In this document: positions 9,236 to 12,202 of the stretch, one piece after another
Numbering within the stretch: the stretch's first letter is position 1
How the letters are laid out: each line of letters starts with the position of its first letter
Source of the DNA: Azolla caroliniana
Lineage: Eukaryota; Plantae; Polypodiophyta
Direction of reading: 5' to 3'
Length of the DNA: 12,202 nt
NCBI GenBank assembly: GCA_043228905.1
Contig: JBHGNT010001088.1
Span: 1 to 12,202, forward strand
The notes under the pieces: model-generated
What the model saw: only the letters and a program-made list of their open reading frames with translations
Told to the model about the DNA's origin: nothing
Databases searched by the model: none
Program-made: the position numbers and the translations under genes

Positions 9236-10089
9236 GCTACGAGTCTAGACTTCAAGCAGGTTGGAATAGTTATTATATGTTTGAGAATCAATGCAACCAA
9301 AGTGATGCTCGACTCTCGAGGATGGGAAGTGAGATTGACGTTATTCAATGCTATGGTGGTTCAAGTGTTGCTTTATGGAGTATAAGTGTGGGGTTTTACT
9401 ATCTCACTTAGTGCTTGGAATGAAATAGAGACAAACCAAAAATTCTTCTTACATTGGAAAATTGGGGAAATAATCCTCAACGTCCTACCTTGTCAAGCTA
9501 TTATAAATAAGTGCTTAGCCCAAAGAGGTACTAGTCATTCAAAGAGTATAACAATATATCACAAAAGTCAAGAGTAAGTTTGATCATAGATTTCCAAAAA
9601 CAAGTTTGGAACATAGGATGCAAGGTAACAAAATCATATGAGGAAAATCCTCTTATCTAGTTGAGTGCTTGACATTGTAAAATGATTTAAGAGATGGGGA
9701 GTAAAAGATCTATTAGAGCTCCCATGTGAGACTATGAAGTATGTTATCATCAATGATATATTACTAATGGCACTAAAGATGAAGTGGCAAGGTGCTAAAA
9801 TTTCAAATTTGGAATAGTATATTGCAATTATTAACCCCAAATGTTGGCCCCAATACAAGGACAAATTGCTTGGACATATCCAATCACATCTCTCTATCCC
9901 CATGAGCCTTCAAGTTGGCTCTAGGAGAGCCTTACCACTTCCACAAACACACTCAAACAAGTTAGGTGTTGAGGTAGAGTCATGGCATCATCATCACAGA
10001 AATGTGATGATATTCAAGGTATCCAATGAAAACCTAACAATGAAGGATGAATATCACTTGTTTATGACATGCTCAAATGTATAAGGTAA

Positions 10090-10207
10090 ATTTTTATTTT
10101 TATTTTTATTTTTCCATAAAACATATGCTCCATTGGTATTAATAAAAGGCCCGGAGGCAGTATACAAATAGTACATAATATTGTTTCATCTCCACAAATA
10201 TATATTA
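10090..10207 (-). mobile_element. 118-bp retroposed fragment (severely 5'-truncated L1-type 3' UTR or SINE) with A-rich tail
   Basis: Perfect 17-bp TSD tcaaatgtataaggtaa at 10073-10089 and 10208-10224. The (ttttta)n tract at 10090-10113 is an A-rich tail on the minus strand. Confidence 0.88.
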
Positions 10208-10868
10208 TCAAATGTATAAGGTAATTCACGACAAATATGACGACTTGTTAGTAAAGCATGACAATGTAAGTGTCATGTACTCAAACATCCTCTAGAAGAG
10301 TGAGCACATGTGAGTGTGCATTATTTTCACATAGAGAGTTCTTATTACAAAGTAGTTGTAACCTCCCCTTCTTAGGAATGAGGCACATACAATATGATAT
10401 GTTGATTTAGTCCCATGGGTCATAATTGCCCTCCTCATGGATGATAAAACATCTATTCTACTTTGTACTAGGCACAAGCACATATTGTAGCAATACTTCC
10501 ATTGTCCGTGTGAAAAGTTGAACGTGACCACCGTCAACCTAAACCAAGGAAGATGGCATTGTTGATAATGGGTTGCAAGTTTGTGTGTATGTGAGATGGC
10601 ACATCATCATGCTTCTATCGACTTTTCCTTTTCTATTTATTTTGATACACTTGTTTACATGAGCTCTATCCATAGGATAATGAGCATGACTTGGCTATTT
10701 TCTATTTATGTGTCTATCTAATGTAGAAGGCTATATAGCATCATACCAACCTCAAATAATTTAAATGTTTGTAATGGATGTTTGAAGTTGTAGAAGAGCG
10801 TAATGTTGGGTGTGGTTGGTGACATCATGGCAATATCATACATGTCAATCTACATGCTCACACCTATA

Positions 10869-11102
10869 TGTTAAGTTTGAGGGTTATTGAGTTCAATACA
10901 ATACACTAACCAATAAGTGACCACCACAAGACACTATCGTGGCCCTTGTTAAGTTTGAGGGTTATTGAGTTCAATACAATACACTAACCAATAAGTGACC
11001 ACCACAAGACACTATCGTGGCCCTTGTTAAGTTTGAGGGTTATTGAGTTCAATACAATACACTAACTAATAAGTGACCACCACAAGACACTATCGTGGCC
11101 CT
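10869..11102. repeat. Tandem repeat, 3 x 78 bp, nearly perfect
   Basis: Unit tgttaagtttgagggttattgagttcaatacaatacactaaccaataagtgaccaccacaagacactatcgtggccct starts at 10869, 10947 and 11025, with one C>T change in copy 3. Confidence 0.97.
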
Positions 11103-12202
11103 TTCTATGAAAAGTTGTCTTGTGTCAAAACTGTATAATTTGTGTATCATAGAAATGAAGATAATTCTTATGAGGTTCAATCGTAATGGGTTTTCCCATA
11201 TTGTCAATCACAATTTCAAAATCTAACTCTTTAACACTTTACATTCTACCCACTCAATGAAAAAGAATATGGATTGACTATTGAACTTTCTTTCGAAGGA
11301 ACAAATACTTGTGATATTTATACAATTAAATGGAAGTTGACACGTTACACACAAACATGTTTTTTTCTTGCACCACTTCGTTACCGTTAGAAACTAACTA
11401 GTCTTGCCCTTCTTCAAATAAGACTTTCTTGGAGTGTGTCTTGTCAATTATAATAAATTACAGAACATTGTGAATGATTGACAGATTATAGTGATAAGAC
11501 ATGGATCCTCTTAAATCTAGGAAACTTTTCCCTGGCTGAATATTCCAAAGGAAATGCTTCTAATGTTTAGGAGTAGTTCTTGCTTTGTATTTATGTCTAA
11601 ATTTATGTTTAGGTAAGTGTAATTAATGGAAGAGACTAATTCAAGTGATTTAAACAAAGATTCATATTATTAATCATAACATTAAGTGTGAATGTTAATT
11701 CCATATGTATAAATTATAATGGCATTTCTATCATCAACCAATGACATTTTAATTATGAGCACACATTATGTACATATGTAAGAACACAATATGGTAAACA
11801 TGTTAATTATATCTTGCTTTTACTAGGCACTTCTATTTAGTACAACATTTTAAGGATATTGTTTTTACCATTCTAACTTTTAGATGGTTTCCACATGGCT
11901 AAAACCCTTTGAACATTTTATGAGTCATCGAAGCCAAGCACAACATTAGGGGGCATGTGGTAGTTTTAAACAACCTCAAATAATTCCCATAAATCCGAGG
12001 GCATTGCAACACCCAAGTTTATTGTCGTTTTTTATTTTAGAATTGACCATGTGTCTGGAGGTTTTCATACATGATGAATCTAATCCAGATCATTATAGTG
12101 GCCAAAGTACATACCTAAACAAACCAACTCATTTTCTCAATAAAACCATGAGACGATGATAATATTTACTAGGATTCTGTAAAAAAACTTATTGAAAAGA
12201 GC

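Larger units (their letters stand above)
6840..10455 (+). mobile_element. RTE/RTEX-like LINE ORF2 body and 3' end (copy C), internally deleted and interrupted twice
   Basis: Endonuclease C-terminus FDYALV...SLDSNH (6860-6943), FPCNAWFGEKCK (~7200), KKMSNGKAV (~7565), IHKGAD...NYRTIMVASDMAKLY, FRPKHS, and FKYLGV...RWNVCY, which resumes as ESRLQAGWNSYYMFENQCN after the gypsy insert. Then VLLYGV*VWG, THSNKLGVEVESW...DEYHLFMTC, and the shared 3' terminal motif at 10410-10455. Confidence 0.88.

Noticed and set aside
292-10537. Short ORFs as host genes (e.g. 292..504, 1394..1582, 3915..4109, 4700..4966, 4870..5082, 6028..6222, 9634..9903, 10292..10537)
   Set aside because: They are antisense or off-frame shadows of TE remnants and show no independent protein motifs.
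10869-11102. Possible CRISPR array
   Set aside because: The units are contiguous and identical, with no unique spacers. There are no cas genes and the context is eukaryotic TE sequence.
11103-12202. Possible gene or TE in the AT-rich right end
   Set aside because: No ORF of 60 aa or more, no recognisable motif, and no repeat or terminal structure that I could support.

Overview
This AT-rich eukaryotic window is a nest of decayed transposable elements. I found no intact host gene, RNA gene or CRISPR array, and the listed ORFs are mostly broken TE fragments or antisense shadows. The element mix (L1, RTE/RTEX-like LINEs, a Tcn1/Tf2-type chromovirus, a hAT MITE) suggests a non-seed plant such as a moss; this is inference. 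The backbone appears to be one long two-ORF non-LTR retrotransposon on the + strand: ORF1 ~1000-2290, endonuclease N-terminus ~2314-2412, and the rest of ORF2 plus the 3' end at ~6840-10455. It is interrupted by a 301-bp hAT MITE (8-bp TSD), a 144-bp tandem duplication, a 532-bp TG..CA element with ~90-bp terminal inverted repeats (5-bp TSD), a minus-strand L1 3' fragment, a 5'-truncated related LINE (4403-6202), a rearranged gypsy element (TSD GCTAC) and a 118-bp retroposed tail (17-bp TSD). A third related LINE 3' fragment lies inverted at 411-993. The most unusual signals are the LINE family's association with (TC)n tracts and its shared 3' hairpin, the long-TIR element, and inverted copies of LTR ends inside the gypsy remnant. 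The sequence does not support a new functional host system.
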